From positions 283 through 64,282 of the forward strand of contig DALS01000064.1 in the NCBI GenBank assembly GCA_002499445.1: DNA of 64,000 nucleotides, written 5' to 3'. The DNA comes from Methanosarcina sp. UBA293. Its GTDB lineage: Archaea > Halobacteriota > Methanosarcinia > Methanosarcinales > Methanosarcinaceae. A program made the translations under genes and the position numbers. The first letter of the stretch is position 1. Every line of letters starts with the position of its first letter. Below, in pieces: positions 29,726 to 39,899 of this stretch. The notes beneath the pieces were generated by a model. It ran no database searches and had not been told where the DNA came from. It saw only the letters and a program-made list of their open reading frames with translations.

Positions 29726-32700
29726 TTACGGCGTCTCGTTCAAGGACTCGCTTGGATCAAAGCCTTCCGGCCACGTAGATGGATCCAAAGGATTAAAGTC
29801 AGGCGGAAGATCTCCGTTGCCTGAGCCATCGTCCTCATCGTACATCAGATCCAGATTATACGTGTTTTCGATGGATGCGTAGGTACCTCCATTCTTCACA
29901 AAGATCCAGTAGCCCTGTCCAGGAACCATATAGTCGTAAGACTGAAGCACTTTAACTGGCTCAGGATTGGCACCAATGGTTGGAAGGGGCATAGAGTCGT
30001 CTAGGCGCCCATCTGCCATAGCAGCAGTGATTATGCCGCCCCAGCCTTCATTGAGATTATAAGTGATGAGGCTGGAGAACTTGTAGTTTTCAGTAAGATC
30101 GGTATTGAAATCATTGAGCGAAGCCAGAGTTATGGACCAGGGTGCAGCATATGCAGAGGTGTGACCTATCATTTGCCATCCTGGTTTGAGAACAAGAGAG
30201 GCTGGCACATCAGGATTGGCACCATCAACTGACATCCCCTTGAACTTGGCATTAGTCACACAAGGTTCTTTGGCGTAGACCCAGTATCCCTTACATGGCT
30301 CGATAGTATCAGGGCATTGCCAGCACGCGCCGTCCCAGTAAATAACTATATTTCCTTCACCAAAGACCGATTCAGGACAGGCTTTTGATTCAACAAGTTT
30401 CTTAGGCACGGATTTAAGGTTCCAGCCCTGCTCAAGCATAATATTCATATCTTCATAGGTCTGTATGGGGCCGCACACGGAGAAAGCAGAGTTGTAGTTG
30501 CCAGCTTTATCGCGAGCAATGACAGCTACCCAGTAGTCTTTGCCGTAGACAAGGTCTTTTCCTTCGAGTGATTCAATACATAGATTACACAGACTCTTAT
30601 CTTGTGAATACCTTAATCTCTGATTTGGAGTAAGTGTCCCGTCGGTGTGAGTCTCGCGTCCATCTATCCTTACCTTTTGCATATCCTCAATACAGCCTGG
30701 TTTCGATGTGCTGATATAGACTTCATATGGCTCATCAGCAAGATCTGCGTCTGTACTTGCATTCCAGCTAACCATCAGCCCAGGATAATCCCTAGTAGAG
30801 GTCCAATCGGTAACACCCGGTGCATCTACAACATTCAGATTTGCCACACAAGCTGGGGCAACACTGTCAACTGAGAAATACTTCACATCAGGCTGGTAAG
30901 TTCTGCCGCTTGTACAGTCAGTAATAAGAACCGTCCAGGATACCTGCTGCTCGTCTTTCACAGATGCTTTTACAGAATAGCTGTCTGCACCAACAAGGAA
31001 GTCGCACTCGTCGCAAGAACCTCCTTCACAACAAACCGTATTATCTTTTTTATCGTCGCAGCTTGCATCTGCCTGCTTGTTGTTAATAAGAAGCTTGTAG
31101 TGGAAAGGCAGTCCTGCTCCTTCTCCATTCTTTCCATCGACCTTGAACTCAAACGTCGGGGTTGAGGTTACGAATCCTCCGTCAGGAGTCAAGAGAGTAA
31201 CTTTAAGTCCGTCAAGGCTTATATAGAATTTCCGGACTTCGCTTTTAGCTTTGTTTCCGGCTCCATCCTCAACTTCAACCGACCAGTTGTGAGCGCCATC
31301 TGCAAGCTGAATTTCCTTGATTACTGACTCTCCAGATCCAACATCCCCGGAAATTACATCATCTGGGAACAGATCATCCAAAAAGTCTTCAGGAACACCG
31401 TTCTCAGGAATACCATTCTCAGGGATATCACCCTCAGGAGTACCAGGGAATATTATTTCCTCCCAGGGCATACCAGGGAATAATTCCTCCCAGGGAATAC
31501 CATCGGGGAATATTTCATCCCAGGGAATTTCCCCAGAACCATCCTCATAATCATACCCAGGAATATAGCCAGGAATTTGATCATATACTCCAGCAGGTTT
31601 CCCATCTATGAAAAGTGTGTATCTGAGGCTAAGATCATCTTTATATTGAGCAGCTAAAGCATCTTCACAGATGAAGTTGAATTTAGTTTCAGGACCGATT
31701 ACCTCTTTGTAGCAGTCTGCAGGAGAAATAAGTTTCACACTGGGGCATTTTGTATCCACATACAGAGTTCTGAGACCACTGCCACCTGTGTTTCCTTGTT
31801 CGTCCCTCAATTTGACTTCCCAGGTGTATTTACCGTCAGCCAGATCAAGCTCAAATTGTTTATATGACCCGGATTTCAAAACCCCGTTAATTTTCTGGAC
31901 ACCATTGAGCTCGAAAGTGTAGGCAATATCCTTAGAACTGTCGTCATAAGCACTGAAATTGAACTTTACACAGCTCTTATTGACGAAATTTGACTCTGGT
32001 ATAACCAGTGTAAATTGTGGGCTCCGATAATCAAAGCTCGGATCAAAATCAATTCCGCCAGGGAAAGATTCGTCACCCAGCAAATTTTCAAGATCGTCAA
32101 AGCCAGAGACACCTATGTCTAGAGGACCACTTATGTCCTGTGGAATCTCATAATCATAACCAAAGGCTTTACCATCGTCACCTATTGGATTCATCTCAGC
32201 TTCAGTCACTGGAGTAGTGCCTACCAAGTTTGCATTACTGGCTCTGGGTAAACCACCGTCTTTAATCGATATTTTAGCGTGATCGACAGGCTCACTGAAA
32301 TTGGCAGTGATGTTTACAACTTTTCCCGGTATGAAAGGACTGGTTTCGTTGAGTCCGATATCAATGCTTAGATAGTCATCAATACCAAATTTAAATGCTT
32401 CAGGGTCTTTTGCAGGTTCACCATTCAGCAGCAGACTGTTATTTGCATCAAACGCATCGATGTCTACAGCCAGAGGACCACTTATTATGTCATTTGAAAT
32501 GGTGTAGATATAAGCAAAGGAGTTATCATCACCATCTAATGGACTCATCGAAGAATTGTTCATTAAAAATGAACCAGAGCTGTTAATGATCGATATAGTG
32601 GCGTGATCAACAGATGTATTGAAATCGACGGTGATATTTACAATATCACCCGGTATAACATCGGTTTTGTTATATGTGACATTAACCTCTGTATCTTCTT

Positions 32701-32773
32701 CAGCTGCACTTGCTGCCCCTATTAAAAGGGACATAATTAGCAGTGCACTAAATAGTATCAATCTTTGTTTCAT
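29726..32773 (-). CDS. Large secreted multi-Ig-like/FN3 acidic protein with GWNL-type C-terminal domain
   Basis: Signal peptide MKQRLILF...AASA; duplicated IPG.(I/V)VNIT domains; Ig-like repeats; LEQGWNLKSVP...GYWV / LKPGWQMIG...GYWIF; no C-terminal TM. Confidence 0.88.
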   Translation of the reverse strand: MKQRLILFSALLIMSLLIGAASAAEEDTEVNVTYNKTDVIPGDIVNITVDFNTSVDHATISIINSSGSFLMNNSSMSPLDGDDNSFAYIYTISNDIISGPLAVDIDAFDANNSLLLNGEPAKDPEAFKFGIDDYLSIDIGLNETSPFIPGKVVNITANFSEPVDHAKISIKDGGLPRASNANLVGTTPVTEAEMNPIGDDGKAFGYDYEIPQDISGPLDIGVSGFDDLENLLGDESFPGGIDFDPSFDYRSPQFTLVIPESNFVNKSCVKFNFSAYDDSSKDIAYTFELNGVQKINGVLKSGSYKQFELDLADGKYTWEVKLRDEQGNTGGSGLRTLYVDTKCPSVKLISPADCYKEVIGPETKFNFICEDALAAQYKDDLSLRYTLFIDGKPAGVYDQIPGYIPGYDYEDGSGEIPWDEIFPDGIPWEELFPGMPWEEIIFPGTPEGDIPENGIPENGVPEDFLDDLFPDDVISGDVGSGESVIKEIQLADGAHNWSVEVEDGAGNKAKSEVRKFYISLDGLKVTLLTPDGGFVTSTPTFEFKVDGKNGEGAGLPFHYKLLINNKQADASCDDKKDNTVCCEGGSCDECDFLVGADSYSVKASVKDEQQVSWTVLITDCTSGRTYQPDVKYFSVDSVAPACVANLNVVDAPGVTDWTSTRDYPGLMVSWNASTDADLADEPYEVYISTSKPGCIEDMQKVRIDGRETHTDGTLTPNQRLRYSQDKSLCNLCIESLEGKDLVYGKDYWVAVIARDKAGNYNSAFSVCGPIQTYEDMNIMLEQGWNLKSVPKKLVESKACPESVFGEGNIVIYWDGACWQCPDTIEPCKGYWVYAKEPCVTNAKFKGMSVDGANPDVPASLVLKPGWQMIGHTSAYAAPWSITLASLNDFNTDLTENYKFSSLITYNLNEGWGGIITAAMADGRLDDSMPLPTIGANPEPVKVLQSYDYMVPGQGYWIFVKNGGTYASIENTYNLDLMYDEDDGSGNGDLPPDFNPLDPSTWPEGFDPSESLNETP

Positions 32774-33733
32774 ATTTTCACCTAGATTCCGCAAATATCC
32801 AAATTTTGTTCCAGTTTAAACATTATGTAATATACTTATTAAATAATATAATTGAGTTGAAAGATATAGCAGATCCCAGCTATTAAATAGTCTAGACAAA
32901 CAGCCCAATAATATTAAGTTAGTGGGAGACTTAGATATTAAATAAACTTCGACTGTTTGATAATTATAGTTTTTACTTTACCCCTATTTTTCTAACCAAA
33001 CCCCCTATAGGTAATTAAACAGATAGTATCATTATCTGTTCGGTTAATAAGAAACCCAAGGCTCCTACGCAATCGTTTTTGGCAGAAGTGGGTAGTATCT
33101 GATGCGGAATTAGCCGCCTTATCGATTCTTGTTGCCCAGAATGACTGTTGACCCCGTTTTTGCACCCATATTAATCAATAGTCCTAGGCATGAGACACGT
33201 GCCCTGCAAAAAAATCAAACGCTTGCAAATAGCGGAAATTTAGCTTACAGTAAATCTCCATCTTTGATGACAGGCACATATCTGTATATATTATCTTATG
33301 ATGATAATATAGATAAGATTGCACAATAACTGATATAAATCTTTCTGAAAGATGAAGGTAACTAAATTTAATAAGATCTAAAAAAGAAAATTCAAAGTAT
33401 GTTGACAAAATTATTTATATTTTTAAGGCTAGAAAAACCAATATTTGGAAGTTAATTTCATTTGCAGAGTACAAAAATTTTCATTAAAATTGCAGAAAAT
33501 TGTAGACGCTATTAATGCGATGCTATTAATTATAGAACTCTTAAGACTCTTAAGTCTGAAAATCAAGAAACCGTATATTTTTTTAAAAAATTGAATGCTC
33601 ACAAACTTAAAGTTTGGAAAAAACATAGTTTAAACAAAAACGTTTTTTATGCAAAAGAAATGGGGGGCTTAAAATTCGATATACTTTTCAGGATTCTACT
33701 GATTTTCCAGTTCAAAGAGACTTTATCCAGGAT

Positions 33734-34807
33734 ATGCAGGACTTTATAAAGATTTCAAATGAAATCATCCCTCTGGAAAAATCAGCTATAACTATAAAAA
33801 ATAAGAATCAAGAAAGGCTTGAATTTTTCGAAAAAAGAATTCAAGAAATTGATCTATTTGAGAAGGACATAAGGAACTCTATTGGAAACCTCACAGCTGA
33901 AGTATACGCACCTGAAATTCTAGAAGTCAAAGAGAGAACTCTTGAGACCTCCTCAAGCGTGGCGCTGGCAAAGAAAAACGAAAAACTTGCAGAGCTTGAC
34001 AGAGAAAACAAACTGAATCTTATGGAAACACAACAAATATATACAAGAATATTCTCATCCCTTAGTCCTTTTTTTGAAGACAGTATATATGGAGCTCAAA
34101 ATGCGTACTACGCCTTCATAGAGGATAAAACGCTGAGGGGAAAGCAGATCAGTTTTGTTGACAATATACAGTACGAATTTGAACTAATTTTTACACAGGA
34201 TACTCTAAAAGTAAAAGACCTGCAAAACTTGACTTTGCCTATATGGACAAAGAGTGGAATTCTATCTAGGGAGAGAAAAGTAAAAAGACTCGATGTTTCC
34301 GACTTCTATATCACGAATGTTGAGTACGAGGGAAATAATCTAAGAACCGTGTTCGAAGACAGGAATGCGGAAAACAGATTCATTGTCTCATCGGATGAGA
34401 AAGCTTTTCTGATCATGTACAGAGACTACGAGATTACACGAGATGAAGAACTGGCTGCTGATTTAGATAGAGATTCAGTCGATAAGTTCATAATAAAAAT
34501 AAAGGAGTTCTTCATAGAATCCGTGGTGTCTAAAAAGCTCAAACGTATAACACTTGACGGAAAAAACGTAATTGAAGAAAATAGAGTTTTTGATTGTCTT
34601 AAGTTAATTGCTTCCATATACGGAAAACTGGTAATTGAGTGCCTTGAAAAAGGATATACTGAGGGAGAAATTACCATCAAGATCGAGGAGCCTGAAGGGA
34701 TCAGGACAGAGAAATATCTTGAGAAATCGGAAGTTTCCAGAGAACTCTCAACCATTGGAAGTGAAGGACAGGAGCTCGCCAAACTCTTGAGAGTTGTTGA
34801 ACCTTGA
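33734..34807 (+). CDS. Hypothetical protein (357 aa)
   Basis: Long ORF with ordinary composition, 31 bp upstream of mgtA; no motif recognised. Confidence 0.8.
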   Translation: MQDFIKISNEIIPLEKSAITIKNKNQERLEFFEKRIQEIDLFEKDIRNSIGNLTAEVYAPEILEVKERTLETSSSVALAKKNEKLAELDRENKLNLMETQQIYTRIFSSLSPFFEDSIYGAQNAYYAFIEDKTLRGKQISFVDNIQYEFELIFTQDTLKVKDLQNLTLPIWTKSGILSRERKVKRLDVSDFYITNVEYEGNNLRTVFEDRNAENRFIVSSDEKAFLIMYRDYEITRDEELAADLDRDSVDKFIIKIKEFFIESVVSKKLKRITLDGKNVIEENRVFDCLKLIASIYGKLVIECLEKGYTEGEITIKIEEPEGIRTEKYLEKSEVSRELSTIGSEGQELAKLLRVVEP

Positions 34808-34838
34808 GAAGTTAAACGAGTAAGTAGGGGGAATTCTG

Positions 34839-37367
34839 TTGACGCAGATTCCTGATAACTTTGAATTCTGGAGCGTTCCAGTACCCGAAATGTTACAGAA
34901 ACTGCAAACAACAGCCGAAGGCTTGAGTAGCTCTGAAAGTAGCGAGCGTCTTAAAAAGTATGGTGCCAATCTTCTTAAACCCAAAAAAAGTTCAGATGCC
35001 CTTAGAATCTTACTTTCCCAGTTCAAGAGCCCGATTACTATCATTTTGCTTTTTGCTGCTGGGCTTTCTTTCTCTCTTGGTGATACTACAGATACTATAA
35101 TTATTGTAACCATTGTTTTTATCAGCAGTCTGCTGGGTTTCTGGCAGGAAAAAGGAGCTGCTGATGCCTTTGAGAAATTGCTCAGCGCAGTTGAGGTAAA
35201 GGCAGCAGTATTAAGAGATAAGGAAGAAAAAGAAGTTCCTATAGAACAGATCGTGCCAGGAGATATAATAATCCTCAATGCAGGCGATATAATTCCTGCT
35301 GATTGCCTCATTCTTGAATCAAAGGGACTTTTTGTCAATGAGGCCACTCTTACTGGAGAGACCTATCCTGTAGAGAAGTCAACAAAAACATTGAAAGCAG
35401 AGACCTCTCTTGCGCAGCGTACAAATTCCCTCTGGATGGGAACAAGCGTGGAAAGCGGAAGTGGAAGAGCCCTGGTAGTGTTTACAGGAAAAAAAACCGA
35501 ATTTGGAGAAATCTCGGAAGAGTTAAAAACCAGTACTCCAGAAACTGAGTTTGAAAGAGGTATAGCAAAATTTGGCCATTTTCTATTGGAAGTTACCATG
35601 CTGATGGTTATTGCAATCTTTGCAATCAACGTCTATCTTCAGCGTCCTATTCTGGATTCTTTCCTTTTCTCCCTTGCTCTTGCAGTTGGGCTTACGCCAC
35701 AGCTTTTGCCTGCGATTATAAGTGTTAACCTATCTCACGGCGCAAGAGAGATGGCACAAAATAAAGTGATTGTCAAGAGATTAGCCTCAATTGAAAACCT
35801 CGGTAGCATGAATTTATTATGCTCCGACAAAACTGGCACTTTGACCGAAGGGGAATTGAAACTCCACTCTTTCCAGGATATGAAAGGAGGTCAGAATGAA
35901 AAGATCCTTCTTTATGCCAGTCTCAATGCCTATTATCAGAAAGGCTTTAAAAACCCTATTGACAGAGCAATCTTGGCACAAAGCAAACTCGATCTGACTG
36001 AATATAGAAGTCTGGATGAGGTTCCTTATGATTTCGTACGTAGACGATTAAGCATTCTTGTCTCTAAAAATAATAAAAGTCTAATGATCACTAAAGGTGC
36101 GCTCTCAAATATTCTTGAGATTTGCACCTTAGCAGAGATTGAACTTGAAAAAACTGTAGAAATTTCTGAGGTCAAGGACCAAATCGAACAGCAGTTTAAA
36201 GAGTTCAGCGAAAAAGAGTTTCGGACACTCGGAATTGCATACAGGGACATGGATCAGCAGACTAAGATAGAAAAAGAACAGGAAAACGGAATGACTTTTC
36301 TCGGATTTCTCTTGTTTTTCGACCCGCTAAAGCCAGATATTGCAAAAACGATAGAAAACATGGGGCAGCTTGGGATTTCTCTAAAAATTATTACCGGAGA
36401 TAATAGGCTTGTGGCTGCCAGTATTAGCCAGGAGGTAGGGTTCAAAGCCTCAAAAATTCTAACTGGAAGCGAACTTAATCGGATATCAACCGAGGCTCTT
36501 GTAAGAAAAGTAAATGATATTGACATCTTTGCCGAGGTAGAGCCAAGTCAGAAAGAGCGTATTATCCTTGCACTTAAGAAGAGAGGAAATGTTGTTGGAT
36601 ATATGGGAGACGGCATTAATGACGCATCGGCTCTTCATGCAGCTGATGTTGGAATCTCGGTTGACAGTGCTGCTGATGTCGCCAAAGAAGCCGCAGATAT
36701 TGTGCTTATGGAAAAAAGCCTGGATGCACTTGTTGAAGGCGTAAAAGGTGGAAGAAAAACTTTCGCCAATACCCTGAAGTACGTTTTTATGGCTACAAGT
36801 GCGAATTTCGGGAATATGTTTAGCATGGCAGGAGCGTCCCTTTTCTTGCCATTTCTTCCCCTGCTGCCCACACAAATCCTGTTAACCAATTTATTGACCG
36901 ATTTCCCGGAAATGACCATAGCCACAGATACCGTCGATAAAGAGCTGATCGATGAGCCACATCGGTGGGATATAGATTTCATCCGCAAATTCATGATTGT
37001 ATTTGGTTTTACAAGCTCAGTTTTCGATTACTTAACCTTCGGTGTTCTGCTTTTCCTGCTACCTGGTATGATAGATCAATTCAGGACCGGCTGGTTTACT
37101 GAGTCAGTTATTTCAGCATCCCTTATAGTACTGGTAATCCGGAGTAGAAAGTCTTTTTTCAAGAGTAAGCCAGGGAAATATCTGCTTGTAGCAACTATAT
37201 TGATCGTAGTCCTGACTCTTTGCTTCCCGTTAACTCCTTTTGCAGCACCTTTTAGCTTTAAACCTCTATCGTTACAGATTATTTTAGTTCTCGGAGCCAT
37301 AATAGGATTGTATATCTTTGCAGCTGAAACAATAAAGAGAGTTTTTTATAAAAAAGTAAAATTTTGA
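34839..37367 (+). CDS. mgtA: Magnesium-translocating P-type ATPase
   Basis: LTGETYPVEK, AVGLTPQLLP, DKTGTLT phosphorylation site, GDGIND, SANFGNMFS. Confidence 0.88.
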   Translation: MTQIPDNFEFWSVPVPEMLQKLQTTAEGLSSSESSERLKKYGANLLKPKKSSDALRILLSQFKSPITIILLFAAGLSFSLGDTTDTIIIVTIVFISSLLGFWQEKGAADAFEKLLSAVEVKAAVLRDKEEKEVPIEQIVPGDIIILNAGDIIPADCLILESKGLFVNEATLTGETYPVEKSTKTLKAETSLAQRTNSLWMGTSVESGSGRALVVFTGKKTEFGEISEELKTSTPETEFERGIAKFGHFLLEVTMLMVIAIFAINVYLQRPILDSFLFSLALAVGLTPQLLPAIISVNLSHGAREMAQNKVIVKRLASIENLGSMNLLCSDKTGTLTEGELKLHSFQDMKGGQNEKILLYASLNAYYQKGFKNPIDRAILAQSKLDLTEYRSLDEVPYDFVRRRLSILVSKNNKSLMITKGALSNILEICTLAEIELEKTVEISEVKDQIEQQFKEFSEKEFRTLGIAYRDMDQQTKIEKEQENGMTFLGFLLFFDPLKPDIAKTIENMGQLGISLKIITGDNRLVAASISQEVGFKASKILTGSELNRISTEALVRKVNDIDIFAEVEPSQKERIILALKKRGNVVGYMGDGINDASALHAADVGISVDSAADVAKEAADIVLMEKSLDALVEGVKGGRKTFANTLKYVFMATSANFGNMFSMAGASLFLPFLPLLPTQILLTNLLTDFPEMTIATDTVDKELIDEPHRWDIDFIRKFMIVFGFTSSVFDYLTFGVLLFLLPGMIDQFRTGWFTESVISASLIVLVIRSRKSFFKSKPGKYLLVATILIVVLTLCFPLTPFAAPFSFKPLSLQIILVLGAIIGLYIFAAETIKRVFYKKVKF

Positions 37368-37422
37368 GAACGGCCTGTAGTGACAGCGTGCTGACAGGAA
37401 AAGCCCCGTTTTACCTGAGTTG

Positions 37423-37629
37423 CTACAGTTTCCCTTCTTCATGACCTGCCCCTTCCGGCAGGAAGGGAGTAAAAATAACAACTATAAGCAATAAAAAAAA
37501 AGTGCCATAGACTCGAGTCGTTGCCTCAAACGTAGCATAGAAGATGAAAATCGTGAGCATGACCCAGACAATGAAGCTGAGCTGAAGAGCTATTTTTACT
37601 CTGTATAGTTTTTCCGTGTTTTCACTCAA
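37423..37629 (-). CDS. Small two-TM membrane protein (hypothetical)
   Basis: GAGGGGG RBS before TTG 37629; two hydrophobic segments. Confidence 0.45.
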   Translation of the reverse strand: MSENTEKLYRVKIALQLSFIVWVMLTIFIFYATFEATTRVYGTFFLLLIVVIFTPFLPEGAGHEEGKL

Positions 37630-37931
37630 GCAAATCCCCCTCAAAAATGCCTTCTTAAAATCCCAAGTAAAAATGATTCACGATTAGATAAATAGTGTTT
37701 GTTTGAAAGAAAGATCTAGAGACTTCAAAAATATAAATTTTGGACTCTTTAAAGAGCTGCCTGAAACTGCTGAAAACCTTGCGCTTGGGAATATTAAAGG
37801 CTGCAAACTCCAGCACTCTTATACAGGCATACAGGCAAATGAATTTGGTCCTACAATATCAGGCTCAGCTTTAATAAATAGAGTTTCCACTACAAACAAC
37901 GAAATTTGACAATATAGATTAAAATAAAAAA

Positions 37932-39641
37932 TTAAATCTCAATAAACTGTAGCAAATAATTTCCTTCACTTACTCGCTTGAGGAAGTCTCCTCTGTCAGT
38001 GTAAGGGATTCCAGCAATTATAGAATCCGCAGCTTTCCTGCCAAGTCCAGGAAGTTCCCTAATAAGATTGGGAGAAGCGGTGTTTATACTCAGAGGGTAA
38101 GGAACACCAGTAATCGAACGCATCCCATGCCCTGTAACCGTTACGTCAGTAAATTTCCGTAAAGGCAGAGAAGCAGGAATTCCTACTAACAAGGGATATG
38201 AGCCAAGTTGCCTTCCAAAAGTAATCCCTTTTTCGTGTATTTCACACATCACACTCCTGAGTACTGTACCTTCAGGCACAACGCGCCGCAGCATTGGAAG
38301 GTCAATCTTCTTCCTTACCCGTTCCTTGTAGTCAAGAAAGAGCCTCTTGTGTTTCTTTGTGGCTTCGTCTTTTCCGTATATTGGGGTTCCCGGAAAAGCC
38401 ATAACCTGGCGGATATTGATCCTTCGCAGGAGCAAATCCGAGTCAAGCACATGCTTCAGGAAATCATAATTGAGCTGGAAAGTTTTCTTAGATTCGCCCA
38501 TCAGCCCATGCACGAAGTTGATGCCTGGAAGTATTTCAGGAAGTCCATTTGCCCCTCGAATGGCTCCAAACTTGTTCACAAGTTTGATCGCCTCAAATAC
38601 CTCATCAGGGGTTGCCTTAAGGGAATTCGCCTTAATTACTGCCCTATCTGCACTCTCCATTCCAAAAGCGATTACATCTCCTGATGTATGATATTTAATA
38701 ATAGTCTTCAGAATCTGCTCAGACTCTTCAGGATAAGCCGCAAGTGTAATCGGGTTTGCGTTATCCATATGGAGCACTGACAGCTCTGGAGCTGAGTTTC
38801 GGATTCCTGTGTAGAGCCTTTCAATAGCCTCTGGATTGGGCTTTGGGACAGGTCCTCCAGTATCCGTGCCATGATAGGAAAAAAGGTCAGGCTGCCTGCC
38901 TATCCTGAAATAGCGGGCTCCGTGAGAGTAAAGGGCGGATGCCTCGGAGATTACATCTTCAACTGGTCGGTAGTCAGATACCCCATAAAAAGGTTCTGTG
39001 CAGAAGGAGCAGTGAACCTGTCTGCCGCAGCCCCTGTAGGTCTCAAGTTCGCACATGCAGTAAGGATAATCAGGGTGTTGTCTGATCAAAAAAGCCCCTC
39101 TGGGTCCCCAACGCCCGATTTCGGCTGTTGTCCTGAAACGGGGATCTACAGCCTCAGGATCTCTTAGTTTCGCAGGAGAAACGTCTTTAATGTCGTCCTT
39201 AAAAAGATCATAAACAAAAGCTTCAAGGTCCATTCTGGCAAGCACGGTATTTACAAGGTTTACTCCGCCCCTAGTATCTTTTGCAGCCTTTCCGCCTTCG
39301 CTGCTGAAACCAAGCCTTATAGGACCGCCTATAACTTTTACTCCTTGTGCAGTCCGGAAAATTGTCTCGATTTCCCCAAGCGTAATTGGGGAAGCCCGAA
39401 GATATCTACCTGGCACAGTCATACCTGCTATAACAATAACAAGGTCTGCTCTTCCTACAAGTTCCGCTGCCCCGGGCGGATTTTCTCGCAGGGTATCAAT
39501 GGTTAAGTAGTGAATGTCCTTTTCGGAAAGCCCGCGTTCTCTGAGAGCGCCTGCTATATAACGCGGATAGGGAGATAGGTAAGGAGGGACTCCAAGGCAG
39601 GCAGGTTCGTCCACATAGCCGTCTATAACAAGTGCTTTCAT
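37932..39641 (-). CDS. Radical SAM protein with TRAM-like and C-terminal helix-hairpin-helix region (COG1031-like)
   Basis: IDGYVDEPACLGVPPY N-terminus, RGCGRQVHCSFC cluster motif, LSINTAS...LPGLG HhH. Confidence 0.85.
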   Translation of the reverse strand: MKALVIDGYVDEPACLGVPPYLSPYPRYIAGALRERGLSEKDIHYLTIDTLRENPPGAAELVGRADLVIVIAGMTVPGRYLRASPITLGEIETIFRTAQGVKVIGGPIRLGFSSEGGKAAKDTRGGVNLVNTVLARMDLEAFVYDLFKDDIKDVSPAKLRDPEAVDPRFRTTAEIGRWGPRGAFLIRQHPDYPYCMCELETYRGCGRQVHCSFCTEPFYGVSDYRPVEDVISEASALYSHGARYFRIGRQPDLFSYHGTDTGGPVPKPNPEAIERLYTGIRNSAPELSVLHMDNANPITLAAYPEESEQILKTIIKYHTSGDVIAFGMESADRAVIKANSLKATPDEVFEAIKLVNKFGAIRGANGLPEILPGINFVHGLMGESKKTFQLNYDFLKHVLDSDLLLRRINIRQVMAFPGTPIYGKDEATKKHKRLFLDYKERVRKKIDLPMLRRVVPEGTVLRSVMCEIHEKGITFGRQLGSYPLLVGIPASLPLRKFTDVTVTGHGMRSITGVPYPLSINTASPNLIRELPGLGRKAADSIIAGIPYTDRGDFLKRVSEGNYLLQFIEI

Positions 39642-39733
39642 GTCAATTCTTGTTTCCGTTATGTCAATTATTTTTCCATTACCTTCTTGTTTTCATTTGC
39701 TTGGTAGTCGAAAGTATACAGTCCAATCAAGCA

Positions 39734-39777
39734 TAAATTAAAGGTAGATGTAGAGTAAATTAAAGGTAGATGTAGAC
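39734..39777. repeat. 22-bp tandem duplication
   Basis: TAAATTAAAGGTAGATGTAGA(G/C) x2. Confidence 0.85.
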
Positions 39778-39899
39778 AAATAATGGTATAAAAAGCCTAT
39801 ATGCAAAGAAAGTATAGAATAAAAAGCGATGTCGCTCCGAAACAGTGAAACTGGTTGAAAGATAAAAGAAATAAGAAAATGATTAAAGAAAATGATTAG

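Noticed and set aside
37703-37909. 68-aa ORF between the small membrane gene and the radical SAM gene
   Set aside because: No RBS or recognisable features
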